Below, in pieces: positions 45,874 to 56,385 of a stretch of 64,000 nucleotides of DNA. Location: assembly GCA_963833095.1 (NCBI GenBank), contig CAWHWQ010000005.1, positions 1-64,000 of the forward strand, given 5' to 3'. A model generated the notes under the pieces. It ran no database searches, was not told where the DNA came from, and saw nothing but the letters and a program-made list of their open reading frames with translations. The position numbers and the translations under genes are program-made. Numbering within the stretch: the stretch's first letter is position 1; every line of letters begins with the position of its first letter. The stretch comes from Vulcanimicrobiota bacterium (lineage in GTDB: Bacteria > Vulcanimicrobiota > Vulcanimicrobiia > Vulcanimicrobiales > Vulcanimicrobiaceae).

Positions 45874-46317
45874 ATGAAAATTCCTCACCTCATGCTCGGC
45901 ATCGTAGCGACCGCGCTTACTGTTACCGCGCCCGTTCAAGCGCAATCGATGATGGGACCCGAGGTCGTGAAAGTCAACGGCTGTGCGGCACAACGCGCCG
46001 CCTCCAGCCAAACATTCACCGATTTCTTCGGAACGCACATCACCCAATCAAGCACATCACCGATGCTCATGATCGACTTTCAAAACAATTCAAACAAACC
46101 CATCGAGTCGATCGAATTTGCATATCTTCAAGGAAACAAAGTCAACGCGGTGGTGCGCGACGTTGGAACGTTCGCTCCCGGCGCCGTCATCATGCATGCG
46201 TTTACGTTCGACGGCATAAGCGCCTTCAACATGGATTCAGCCATGTCGTGCGTTCCGCTTCGGGTGCGCTACGCCGATGGAACCATGTGGAATAATCCCG
46301 CCGCTCCCCACCAATAG
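45874..46317 (+). CDS. secreted hypothetical protein
   Basis: SD AAGGAG; signal peptide; two Cys; beta-rich. Confidence 0.75.
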   Translation: MKIPHLMLGIVATALTVTAPVQAQSMMGPEVVKVNGCAAQRAASSQTFTDFFGTHITQSSTSPMLMIDFQNNSNKPIESIEFAYLQGNKVNAVVRDVGTFAPGAVIMHAFTFDGISAFNMDSAMSCVPLRVRYADGTMWNNPAAPHQ

Positions 46318-46322
46318 GCAGG

Positions 46323-46877
46323 TTACCGCGGTGAGAGTTTGGTCAGCTTGAGTTGAATCGTGTCGTTGTTGAACGCCGATCGCTGCGGAACGTGCGTGCG
46401 CACCTCGTCGATGGACGCCGGCACTTTGTGAACCGGATCGTAGGCGACATTCGCTTTTTCAGTCGCGTTTCGATAGGTGCCGCCCTGCTGATCCAACGTC
46501 CCCGTTTGGTGGATGAGAATCAGCGGCGCGGAGCCGGCGAATCCCGACGCACCCGGAATGATCGCGGCTTTGACATGACTCTTGTTCGTCCACGTGGCTG
46601 TCGGGCCGGCGGACAAGCCGGTAAAATACTTGCGCCCTAACAGTGGAAACAAGGTGAGTTGCATGGGTGATATGCCGCTAGCCGGTTGTCCGCAAATCAC
46701 GCTGCCGGTTGCATAAACCTCGCACGTGTTGGTCGCTCTCGGTCGCGCGGTCTTCCACCAAAAGTCGGTCCCGCGAACGGTGAGGCCGCCGTCGGGAGCC
46801 GGCCCCAAGCTATCGACCGTTGTCGTCCCGGTTCCATTTCCTTCGTTCGCAACTTTGGTATTGTAGCCGAACCGAAA
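46323..46877 (-). pseudogene. 5'-truncated hypothetical protein
   Basis: Frame stays open upstream of the TTG at 46808 (FGYNTKVANEGNGTGTTTVD) up to a TAA with no start codon or signal peptide. Confidence 0.5.
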
Positions 46878-46895
46878 TTACCGTATGTTACGGAC

Positions 46896-47681
46896 ATGAA
46901 ACTCGCAAAGAAAGTCGTTTGGATCACCGGCGCATCGAGCGGCATCGGCGAGGCGCTTGCCCACCGCATCGCCGGCGAGGGCGCGCTGCTCGCACTCTCA
47001 GCGCGCCGCCGGAACGAACTCGAGCGCGTCAAAGCCGCACTCCCCGCGGGTACGCGCGCGACGATCATTCCCGGCGACGTCACCGACTTTGCGTCGGTCC
47101 CCAACTGGATTGCGCAGATCGAATCCGAGCTGGGGCCGCTCGACGTGCTGGTCAACAACGCGGGCGTTTCGCAGCGTTCGCTCGCGCGCGACACGACGAT
47201 GGAGACGTACCGGTTCCTTATGGAAGTCGACTTCTTCGCGCCGGTGGCGCTCACGCAAGCCGTCGTACCCGCGATGCTCAAGCGCGGCAGCGGGCAGATC
47301 GTCGTCACCTCGAGCATTGCCGGAAAGCTCGGCACGCCGTTGCGCACGGGATACTCCGCGGCGAAGCATGCGCTGCACGGCTACTACGATTCATTGCGCG
47401 CCGAAGTCGCGAAGGACGGCGTAGTCGTCACCGCGCTCGTCGTCGGCGCCGTTCACACCGACGTCTCGGTCAACGCCGTCACCGGCGACGGTACGACGTA
47501 CGGGATCATGGACGACTTGCAGGCGACCGGCATCGAGCCGCAGCGCGCCGCGGACACGATGGTGGCGGGCATCATCGCTGACGAACCCGAGGTGCTGGTG
47601 GCGGAAGGTTCGAGCCTACAAGCCTATCAGCTCTCGCGAGAGGATCCAAAGGCGCTCTACGCGCTCGTTGCGGCGCGCTAA
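46896..47681 (+). CDS. short-chain dehydrogenase/reductase
   Basis: TGASSGIG, NNAG, YSAAK. Confidence 0.93.
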   Translation: MKLAKKVVWITGASSGIGEALAHRIAGEGALLALSARRRNELERVKAALPAGTRATIIPGDVTDFASVPNWIAQIESELGPLDVLVNNAGVSQRSLARDTTMETYRFLMEVDFFAPVALTQAVVPAMLKRGSGQIVVTSSIAGKLGTPLRTGYSAAKHALHGYYDSLRAEVAKDGVVVTALVVGAVHTDVSVNAVTGDGTTYGIMDDLQATGIEPQRAADTMVAGIIADEPEVLVAEGSSLQAYQLSREDPKALYALVAAR

Positions 47682-47692
47682 TCGACCTCGCG

Positions 47693-48376
47693 TTAGTCTT
47701 TCGATCCGATCGAGCGCACGAATAACACGAGTGCGCCCAAGCCGAAGATCCACGCCACAAAGCCTTCGGCAACGGGTCCGACATTGGCAAGTTGCAGCCC
47801 GCCCGGGTTGTATGACCGTTTCTCGTGCCGCAGATATCCGATGAAGCTCACCAGATCGTCGACATTACTCTGCGTTATCACATCGGGGCCGAACCGCGGC
47901 ATCTCGCCCGGACCGCTGCGAACGGCTTCCGCGATTTGCTCCGGGGGCGCGTGCATGAGCGACGGGGCGATGTTCGCGTAGCCGACCGACGCCCCGTGCG
48001 CGCTGACGCCGTGGCACTGCTCGCAATTCTCGGCGAAGATCGACCGGCCGCGCGCGGCATCTCCCAATACCACGCGCGGCAATTGCGAATCACCGTGTCC
48101 GCGTGACGTGACGTAGCTTACGATGGCAAGAATATCCGCGTGCGAAAGCTGCGGCTTCATCCGTTCGTATTGTTGACCGGGGGCCGCCGCCGGCATGCGT
48201 CCGGTCTCCAGCATGAAATCGACGTCGGCCCCGCTGGTCCCAAGGAGCGGCGGCGCATCCGGACCACCTTGCAGGGCGAGACCGTGACACGATGAGCAGC
48301 GGAGATCGTACAGCGACTCCCCGCGCGTCCGCGCGGGCGCGAGCGCGAGCCCGGCCGCCAACACGACGTGAATCAT
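47693..48376 (-). CDS. qcrC: diheme cytochrome c subunit of the bcc complex
   Basis: CSSCH, CEQCH, TGRMP, GPGEMP, GPVAEG plus C-terminal TM. Confidence 0.88.
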   Translation of the reverse strand: MIHVVLAAGLALAPARTRGESLYDLRCSSCHGLALQGGPDAPPLLGTSGADVDFMLETGRMPAAAPGQQYERMKPQLSHADILAIVSYVTSRGHGDSQLPRVVLGDAARGRSIFAENCEQCHGVSAHGASVGYANIAPSLMHAPPEQIAEAVRSGPGEMPRFGPDVITQSNVDDLVSFIGYLRHEKRSYNPGGLQLANVGPVAEGFVAWIFGLGALVLFVRSIGSKD

Positions 48377-49146
48377 GCAAGCACCTCTGCGCCTTGCTCC
48401 TGCGCGGCCCATATTGCCGCTGTCAGCATGAACGCCGTAAACATCAGCGCGCCGCCGCCGATCCACATGATCGCGCCCGCATTCTGCTGATCCGACAGTG
48501 CAGCGCTCATCGAACGGCCGATCGCGTAGTGCGGATACAGGAGATTTCGCGCCGAGTATATCGCGAGGCCGAGAAATGCGCCCTGCGGGACCGCGAGCAT
48601 CAAATAGAACAGGCGGGCCGGAAACGGAACCGCGTGCGGTGCGTAGCCGACGTGAACGATCGGCATCCAGAAGAGCAAAGCGGCGCCTATCAGTAACGCG
48701 TGTTCGAAAACGTGCGCGGCTTGCGAATGCAGCGCTAGTTCGTAGAGCGGAGAGAAATGAATGCTCCACAGCACCGCGACGAAGACGAGCCAGGCCGACA
48801 CCGGCGACGTCGCCGCGCGCACGATTCGATGACGCATGATCCGCGCGATCGCCTTGCCCACGCGCGGAGGCGGCAGCGCGACGATAAGCGTGAGCGGCGC
48901 CCCGAGCAGAAGTAACGGCGGAACGATCAACGCTAAGGTGAGATGCTGCACCATGTGGGCGGCAAACGAGCTGTCGACGACTGCGTCGATCGGCGGCGAC
49001 ACCACCGCGACCGCAACGACGATGCCCGCGCAAAATGCCACCGCTCGACCGATCGGAAAACGTCGGCTCGGATAGCGGAGCCCGTAGAGGCGCAGGGCCG
49101 CAAGATATCCGCAGACGACGACGATGCCCAACGTCATGGTAATCAC
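48373..49146 (-). CDS. ctaG: cytochrome c oxidase assembly factor (Caa3_CtaG family)
   Basis: HMVQH...PPLLLLGAP, EH, DQQNAGAIMW. Confidence 0.88.
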   Translation of the reverse strand: MITMTLGIVVVCGYLAALRLYGLRYPSRRFPIGRAVAFCAGIVVAVAVVSPPIDAVVDSSFAAHMVQHLTLALIVPPLLLLGAPLTLIVALPPPRVGKAIARIMRHRIVRAATSPVSAWLVFVAVLWSIHFSPLYELALHSQAAHVFEHALLIGAALLFWMPIVHVGYAPHAVPFPARLFYLMLAVPQGAFLGLAIYSARNLLYPHYAIGRSMSAALSDQQNAGAIMWIGGGALMFTAFMLTAAIWAAQEQGAEVLA

Positions 49147-50520
49147 GGCAGCGTTTCCTCGTCGAATCCGCCCCGGGCGTTTCGCCGCAGCCGGACCCGC
49201 TCGGCTTCGTGCACGCCGCCGCTTCGGCGTAACTCGCTTGCAAGTGCGTAGGTGATGATATAGCCCACAATCGGAGCGCAAACGAACCCGAAGCGGTAGA
49301 CGACGTTTATCACGTTCACCGGCACATGGAGATAACGCGCCTGCACGTCACCGCTGCCCGCGAGCGTGAGATCCAAGGCCAGCATAAAGATCGCGACGCC
49401 CGTTGCGGTGCGCCAGGGCACGTCCCTGGGCCGATCCAGGAGTTGATGCGGCTTTCGGTCGCCCGTGATCGCGCGTTCGAGGAACGGCCAGAGAAACAGC
49501 GGCGTGAAAAGCGCCAGCGGCAGCAGCACGCCCGGGAAAAACGGTGACGGGATGGTGTGACCAAAGAGATGGATCGCCCACGGGAAGCTAATGCGTAGTG
49601 CGCCGTCCAGCCAGCCGATATACCAATCGGGTTGCGCGGGCGAAGCCGCCTGGTACGCGTCGTAGGGCCGCACAGCCAGACCGGATTGATCTGCACGAAT
49701 GCGCCGAGCGCGACGAGAACGGCGACGTCGCGCATCCACAGCGCGAGCGATTTCGCCGCGTAGTTGCGGCAACAGGGGTGAGCCGACGACGTTGTGCTCG
49801 GTGCGTCTGCGGGCCGCGAAACTGCGAGTGCTTCTGCCGCCAGACGATCGCCAAGTGCAACGCAATCAGCGGCCGCGATCGTGGCCGGCACGAGAAGACG
49901 TGCGACGACGAACAGCCGCGGACCGACTGGTCGCTGGTACGGAAACGCTCCGCCGAGCAGCAGAAATGATAGCCATGTGCCGACAACCGGAATCGAGAGC
50001 AGCACCGAGATCTGCAATCCGAAGTCCGATCCCGCTCAGCAGATCGTCCGGGAAGCGAATAGCCGGTGAAGCCCTCGAAAAGCGCCAGCAGAAAGAGCAG
50101 CACGCCGATCATCCAGTTGATTTCGCGCGGATTGCGAAAGGCGCCGGTGAAAAAGATGCGCCCCATGTGAACGGTGATTCCGGCGACGAAAACGAGCGCC
50201 GCCCAATGATGGATCTGCCGGATCAGCAGACCCGCATTGACCGCGAAGCTCAAGTGCAACGCCGACGCGTAGGCCGTGCGACATCGTCACGCCGTCGAGC
50301 AGGCGATAGGGTCCATGGTAAACCGTCGTGGTCAGCGCGGGGTCGAAGATGAAAGCCAAAAACGTTCCGGTTGCGAGCGAGCACGACGAAGCAGTACAGA
50401 TTGATCTCGCCGAGCATGAACGACCAATGATCAGGAAACGCTTTGCGCAAGGCGTGCTTCATGAAGTGCGCCGTGCCGAGCCGATCGTCGAGCCAGATCA
50501 GAAGCGCTCGACGTGGTCAC
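49143..50520 (-). CDS. qcrB: cytochrome b subunit of the bcc complex (multiple frameshifts)
   Basis: FPDHWSFMLGEI, RQIHHWAA, GAFRNPRE.NW, FTGYSLP, QPDWY spread over several frames. Confidence 0.85.
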
Positions 50521-51339
50521 GCGCGCTCCCAGAAGCCCGGGCCGATCGGAACCGGGAAGTCGCCGCGTCGCGCGCAGAGACGCCGTCGGGTATCGATCTC
50601 GAGCGGAAGACTGCGGCAGCGCGTGATCGGCGGGCCCGGAGAGCACCTTCCCTGCGTAGCCGACGTCGAAGATCGATTGGTGACAGGGGCACAGTCATTT
50701 GCTTTGTCGCGGCGCCGATAGAGCGCGACCGGACATCCCGCGTGCGTGCAGACTCTCGAATAGGCGACGTAACCGTCAACGCCGTGCCGCCGACGCCTGG
50801 TGGAAGACGAATCAAGACTCGTCTGCGATGCGGGGTCGCCGATCGCGCCTTCCGGAAACACCGTAACGCTCGAATTGACATTGAGCGCGTCTTTCGCTTA
50901 CGATCTCGCCGTTCTCGCGCACCAGACGCGAGCCGGGTCTCCATTTGGTCGTAAAGAGGCTTCTGCCGGGTGCTGGTCCCCACGAACGAAATGGAAAGAG
51001 CGCGGCAATCCCAAAAGCCCCGAGCGCGGCGACGAGCAATTTGGTCAGAGCGCCGTTGCGTGAAACTTCGGTTTGTGCCTGGTCGAGCTCAGCGCTCGCG
51101 GCGGCCCTCTCCGCGCCGGCGGACGGATATTCGTTCGATGTGATCGACCACCTGATCCCGGCCGATGATCCAGGACGACCATGCAAGCGCGGCCGCAACG
51201 AATCCGGCGAGGGCGATCGCGAGCCCGAGGCCCTCGATCTGAATCGACGCGTGCATGACGTACGCGGACATGAAGCCGAAGCTGCCGACGATCGCGACGC
51301 CGAGCATAGCCGCAATCGCGACCTCTCGACGACGTTCAT
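50517..51339 (-). CDS. qcrA: Rieske iron-sulfur subunit (frameshifted)
   Basis: AYSRVCTHAGC and CPCHQS in different frames; N-terminal TMs; C-terminal GPGFWER. Confidence 0.85.
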
Positions 51340-51913
51340 CGGATGATGTAGATCGCGCCGTAGATGCCGACCCAAACGACGAACACAAAGTGCCAATAGT
51401 AGGAAATCGCCTCGGCTCCGGCCCTTCGATCGGCGGTCATCGCCCGACTTCGCATCCCCAAGAACAGGCCGACGAGAAGACAATTCCGGCGGCGACATGC
51501 AGCAAATGGAATCCGGTCATCGCGTAATAGAGCGAACCGTAGGCGTTGCTCGAGATCGAAAACGTAGTTGCTTCGCGTAACCACGCAGCGCGATCCCGAT
51601 GAACGCGATCCGCGGCACGATTCCGGCAACCAAGCCAGCCGTACGCCGCTTGGTAGCGTCGCCGACTCCAGTGCCCGCGTCATCAACACCATGACGATGC
51701 TCGACGCGAACAGAAGGAACGTTCCGACCGTGGGCAACAGCGTATCCAAGTGAACGTTCGGCGGGCGGCCATACCGGCGTCGAATTGCGTAGATCGAAGT
51801 ACGCCGCAAATAGACCGGCGAAAAACATCAGCTCCGACGCAAGGAAAGAGCACCACGCCGAACACCAACGGGTGGGCGCGAATCGGCCAGCGGAGCTTGG
51901 GCTCTCACAACAT
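51336..51913 (-). CDS. ctaE: cytochrome c oxidase subunit III (frameshifted)
   Basis: FLASELMFFAGLFAAYF, SYYWHFV..VW...Y. Confidence 0.85.
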
Positions 51914-51935
51914 GGCACGTTCTCCTCGGGGATTT

Positions 51936-51978
51936 ATACCCGAAAAAAAGCTTTGTAAAACCCCTGCGTATTGGGTAA
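51936..51978. promoter_or_regulatory. divergent SigB/SigF-like promoters
   Basis: Minus: GTTT-N16-GGGTAT (51961-51936). Plus: CTTT-N18-GGGTAA (51951-51978), weaker. Confidence 0.55.
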
Positions 51979-51990
51979 CAATACCGGCAG

Positions 51991-52644
51991 ATGTGGCTCT
52001 TCGATCCCGCGTCAATTCAGGCGCAGACGCTTCGTGGAGACTGGGAGTTTTTTCTGGGCGTCGCGGCGATTGTCGCGGTCGTCATGTTCGCGTTGATTCT
52101 GGTTCCGCTCGCGCTGTGGAGGCGCAAGGGAGAATCGTTACCGCCGCAATTCAACAAGAATCAGCCGATGTCGGTGTTGTACATCCTCGTCCCGTGCGTG
52201 ATCGTGGCCGGCCTCTTCTACGTCACGTTCGTAAGCGAACGAAACGTCGACGCGCTTGCGCCCAAGCCCGACGTCGCCGTCGACGTTACGGGATTTCGGT
52301 GGTCGTGGCGGTTCGACTACCCAAGCGCCGGCATCTCGATCGTCGGCACTCCGCAAGCACCACCGACGCTCGTGCTTCCGGTCGAACAAACGACTCAGAT
52401 CAATTTGACGTCCTCGGACGTCATTCACGGCTTTTGGGTTCCGGCTTTCCTTTTCAAGCGTGACGCAATCCCAGGCATGACCAACCGCTTCGATCTCACG
52501 CCGACCGAAATCGGTGTCTTTCGAGGAGTTTGCTCGCAGTTTTGCGGCCTGGATCATGCGCACATGACGTTTCGAGATCGATGTCGTCTCAGAAGACTGC
52601 ATATCCGGCGCTGGATCGCAGGGAAGGGAACGGGCGTTCCGTGA
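51991..52644 (+). CDS. ctaC: cytochrome c oxidase subunit II
   Basis: WSWRFDY, DVIHGFWVP, CuA motif CSQFCGLDHAHM; C-terminus possibly frameshifted. Confidence 0.92.
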   Translation: MWLFDPASIQAQTLRGDWEFFLGVAAIVAVVMFALILVPLALWRRKGESLPPQFNKNQPMSVLYILVPCVIVAGLFYVTFVSERNVDALAPKPDVAVDVTGFRWSWRFDYPSAGISIVGTPQAPPTLVLPVEQTTQINLTSSDVIHGFWVPAFLFKRDAIPGMTNRFDLTPTEIGVFRGVCSQFCGLDHAHMTFRDRCRLRRLHIRRWIAGKGTGVP

Positions 52645-54232
52645 TAACGTGGCTGACGTCAACCGACCATAAAAAGATCGGCATCATGTACATCGTCGTA
52701 ACGTCGTTTTTCTTCGGCGTGGCAGGCGTGCTCGCGATGCTCATTCGAGCGCAGCTGGCAGCGCCCGGGGATGACGTTGCTCGGTCCGCACGCGTACAAC
52801 CAGGTCTTCACGATTCACGGCACAGCGATGATCTTTCTTTTCGTTGCGCCGTTCGGACTCGGTCTTGCGAACTTTCTGATCCCGTTGCAGATCGGCGCGC
52901 CCGACATGGCTTTTCCGCGGCTCAACGCCACGGCGCTGTGGCTCTTCGTTTTCGGCGGCCTGACGGTGTTCTGCGGCGCGATTAGCTTCCGGAGGCGCGG
53001 CGGCGTCTGGCTGGACCGCGTACGCACCGCTCTCGGAGGTACGCATCGGCGCAGGGAGCGGTCAGGATCTGTGGATCATCGGACTTGCGATGACGTCGAT
53101 CTCCTCGATTCTCACCGCCATCAACATCCTGGCGACGGTCTTCTTTTTCGCGCGCCGGGGATGACGATGTGGCGCATCCCGATCTTCTCCTGGGAAATGG
53201 TGGCGACGTCGCTGCTCATCTTAATGGCGTTTCCGTCGCTCTCGGCCGTCTTCGCGATGCTCTTGATCGACCGGCATTTCGGCGGCCATTTCTTCGACCC
53301 GGCGTACGGCGGAAACCCGATCCTCTACCAGCACTTGTTTTGGTTCTTCGGGCATCCCGAAGTCTACGTGATGATTCTTGCCATACTTTGGGGTCATCAC
53401 CGAGATCATCGCGACGTTTTCGCGCAAGCCGGTCTTCGGGTACGTCGAATTGGTGCTCTCCGCGTTTGCGATCGCGGGTCTTTCGATGGGCGTCTGGGCC
53501 CACCACATGTTTACGACCGGCGCGGTGACCAATCTCTTCTTCTCCGCTATGTCGTTTCTCATCGCCGTTCCGACCGGCGTGAAGTTCTTCAACTGGATCG
53601 GCACGATGTGGAAAGGCTCCATTCAACTCGCGACGCCGATGCTCTTCGCGGTCGGCTTCTTGCTGAATTTTTTGATAGGCGGGATCACCGGTGTGATGCT
53701 CGCGTCGCCGCCGATCGACTATGAAGCGCATAACAGCTATTTCTTGGTCGCCCATTTTCACTACATGCTGGGCGGCGGGAGCCTGTTCGCGATATTCGCC
53801 GCACTCTATTTCTGGTTTCCAAAGATTTTCGGGGTCAAATCGAGCGAGCGAGCTCGGCAGATGGGTCTTCGCCGTGCTTTTCGTCGGCTTCAATCTGACG
53901 TTCTTTCCGATGCATCTAATGGGACTGGAGGGCATGACGCGACGCGTCTACACGTATCCGCGATATCGGGAATCTTCCGCTGCTCAACGCGCTTGCGTCG
54001 TCCGGCGCACTGTTGATGGCTATCGGCGTGCTCGCTGTTCTTCGGCGACATCGCCGTATCGGCGCGCAAGCGCGCGCCCGTCGCCGACGACCCGTGGGGC
54101 GGTTACACGCTGGAATGGGCGACGAGTTCTCCGCCGCCCGAGTTCAATTTCACGTCGCTGCCGCCGATCCACTCGGCACGCCCGGTCTTCGATCTGCATC
54201 ATCCGACCGTTGCCGCAAAGACCTCATCGTGA
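52641..54232 (+). CDS. ctaD: cytochrome c oxidase subunit I (multiple frameshifts)
   Basis: [39 protein letters not shown] over several frames. Confidence 0.9.
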
Positions 54233-54618
54233 AGACGTTCGTTCGTCTGTGGATGTCGTCGGCGACGTTCGGAATCGTGATCGCCGCCGTGTACTATTTC
54301 TGGTCCCATGGGGAATTAGCCGGAACGATTCTCCTCGGAACGATGGCGATCGGGCTTACCTTCGCGGCGGGTTACGCGATCGTTGCCGAGCGCGACGCAA
54401 ACCTTAGCGGCGATCGCGCGGCGGACGATAATCGGGCTGATCGCGGAGAAGACCTCGGCGTGTTCACGACGCGAAGCGCATGGCCGATTCTCTTGGCCTT
54501 CTGCGTGCTCGTCGTGCTTGTCGGTGCGCTCTGGGTACCGTTCCTGCTCTTTGCCGGGATCGCCGCAATGCTGCTGATTCTATGGCGCCTCGGAGGCGAG
54601 AGCAGTCGCACTGGATGA
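54229..54618 (+). CDS. ctaF: cytochrome c oxidase subunit IV (actinobacterial CtaF type)
   Basis: E.AGT.LL, GEDLGVF...SAWP; small TM protein after ctaD. Confidence 0.75.
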   Translation: MKTFVRLWMSSATFGIVIAAVYYFWSHGELAGTILLGTMAIGLTFAAGYAIVAERDANLSGDRAADDNRADRGEDLGVFTTRSAWPILLAFCVLVVLVGALWVPFLLFAGIAAMLLILWRLGGESSRTG

Positions 54619-55713
54619 CCGCGTCGCAATCGGCGCAGCGAACAACGCGAGTTCGCGGTCGATCTCGGTTGCACCGCACAAAACTTCGAACGAGACCTCG
54701 TACAAACGGCGTTCTCCCGGCTCGAGCATCGGGAGCGTTCCACGCTTGGCGGCCTCGAGCCGTCCCTCGATCGTCGGGCAATTTGCCGGCTCGATTCCCA
54801 TGACGTAGGTGTTCACGCCGAGCATGCGCCAGGTAAAGAGCGCCGGCAGTTGCTTTGAATCGTAGCGGATGACGAGGGCCACGCCGCGCCCTTCGTCGAG
54901 CGTTCGATTGATCATCGCGGCTCGGGCAAAACCGTCGTCACATGCGAGCGGCTCGTGGATGAAGACCTGTTCGGCGAAAAGCGCGTCGGGTTCGCCGCCG
55001 CGGTTCCAGCACGTCATCCCGCGATCCGCCTGCTGGTCGCGTGGGCGCAGCGACCGATGGGAAACCTCGAGCATGGAACCGGTATCGAGAAGCGGGAAAC
55101 CCATGTTGCAGTGATAGAGCAGCATGTGCGGCCGGCGCGTGCCGCCGTTGTTGGTGACGATATCGCGCAGAGACAGCTTGTTTGCACCAAGCTCGACACG
55201 CAAAGTGCGTTCAAGCACCAAATTCTCACCGAACATCCGCGCTTCGGAGATGGTTCCGGAAATTTCGAAGGTGCACGAGTCGCCGTCCCAGACCGTCTGC
55301 GCGGCCACTTGCTCGGCGGGGAGGTGATTGATCCGGCCGTGCATTCCGAATTCTCCGTACACATCGACGCCGCCCGGCCCAAAATTTCCCAGTCCGCACG
55401 TCGTGAAGAGGCCGCCGAAAAAATTTTGCGCGAAATGCTCGTTCCCCGGCTGATAGTACGTTGGAGCGGCGATGCCGCCCGGGCCGTGCCAAACGAGCGG
55501 TATTCCGCGAAACTCGAGAGAGCATACGTCAAGCGCGCGATCGGCTAGGCTCGTGAATCGCAATCCGGCACCGCTGCAGACGTCGAATGCCCGAACACCG
55601 AGTGCGCGTCCGTCACCGAAGGTAAACGCCCGAATGCCGCCGAGTTGCTCGGGTCGCCCGATCCGGCGGCCAAGCTCAAGCGCCGAGTACTCGCGCCCGA
55701 ATAGCGTGGGCAA
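54580..55713 (-). CDS. aldose 1-epimerase-like (DUF4432) protein
   Basis: DRALD, F.GGLFTTCG, HGRI, LYHCN.GFP, GIEP. Confidence 0.85.
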   Translation of the reverse strand: MPTLFGREYSALELGRRIGRPEQLGGIRAFTFGDGRALGVRAFDVCSGAGLRFTSLADRALDVCSLEFRGIPLVWHGPGGIAAPTYYQPGNEHFAQNFFGGLFTTCGLGNFGPGGVDVYGEFGMHGRINHLPAEQVAAQTVWDGDSCTFEISGTISEARMFGENLVLERTLRVELGANKLSLRDIVTNNGGTRRPHMLLYHCNMGFPLLDTGSMLEVSHRSLRPRDQQADRGMTCWNRGGEPDALFAEQVFIHEPLACDDGFARAAMINRTLDEGRGVALVIRYDSKQLPALFTWRMLGVNTYVMGIEPANCPTIEGRLEAAKRGTLPMLEPGERRLYEVSFEVLCGATEIDRELALFAAPIATRSSSATALASEAP

Positions 55714-55716
55714 GAT

Positions 55717-56385
55717 CTAGAACTCCCACAGTGCGGCACGCGTCCACGCGCCGCTGCATCCGCGAAGTTTCACCGGTGCCGCCACGAATAATCGCTTACG
55801 ACCGTCCATGACCTCGTCTGGAAAGTAGAGCTCTTCCACGATGAACTTGCCGTTGCCAAGCATCACCTTGTGCGCCGGCGCGGCTTTAGCCGGGTCTTTG
55901 TATCCGCCCATGCTTACCGCGTCGATTCCCACGCCTTTGACCCCGCGGTCGACCAGATATTGCGCCGCCTCGCCGCCGAGATAGACGTACTTCGTGAGAA
56001 ACTCCGCCGTGTTCGCGCGTTTGTGTCCAAAGCCGGTATTGAGCAGAACGATATCTCCTTGCGCGATACGCTCGCCAAAGCGTTCGACGTCAGCGCGCTC
56101 GATCGCGGAACCCGGTGGTTTGTTGCGCAGGTCGAGAATCGTCGCCGGACCGACGTACGTCTCGAGCGGCATCTCATCGATGGTTTTTCCATCCTCGAAG
56201 AAATGATATGGTGCGTCGCAATGCGTGCCGGTATGGGTGCTGATCTCGACGATCTCTTTATTGACGCCCTGGACCGCCAACATATACAACAGACGAATCT
56301 GGGCCGGCCGCGGATTCTCGTCGGGGTACTGTGGGCAATTCGTAAATACCGGCTGACTCAGATCGTAGATGCGCTTTGGAATCAT
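55717..56385 (-). CDS. cyclase-family metal-dependent hydrolase
   Basis: HTGTHCDAPYHF, GVGID, H..L....IVEEL. Confidence 0.9.
   Translation of the reverse strand: MIPKRIYDLSQPVFTNCPQYPDENPRPAQIRLLYMLAVQGVNKEIVEISTHTGTHCDAPYHFFEDGKTIDEMPLETYVGPATILDLRNKPPGSAIERADVERFGERIAQGDIVLLNTGFGHKRANTAEFLTKYVYLGGEAAQYLVDRGVKGVGIDAVSMGGYKDPAKAAPAHKVMLGNGKFIVEELYFPDEVMDGRKRLFVAAPVKLRGCSGAWTRAALWEF

Noticed and set aside
45696..45900. Integrative element at the tRNA 3' end
   Set aside because: No integrase and no duplicated tRNA 3' fragment seen; a terminator follows directly
47693..49270. 525-aa ORF as a long cytochrome c
   Set aside because: Upstream part is an alternative frame over ctaG; real start is the ATG at 48376 overlapping the ctaG stop
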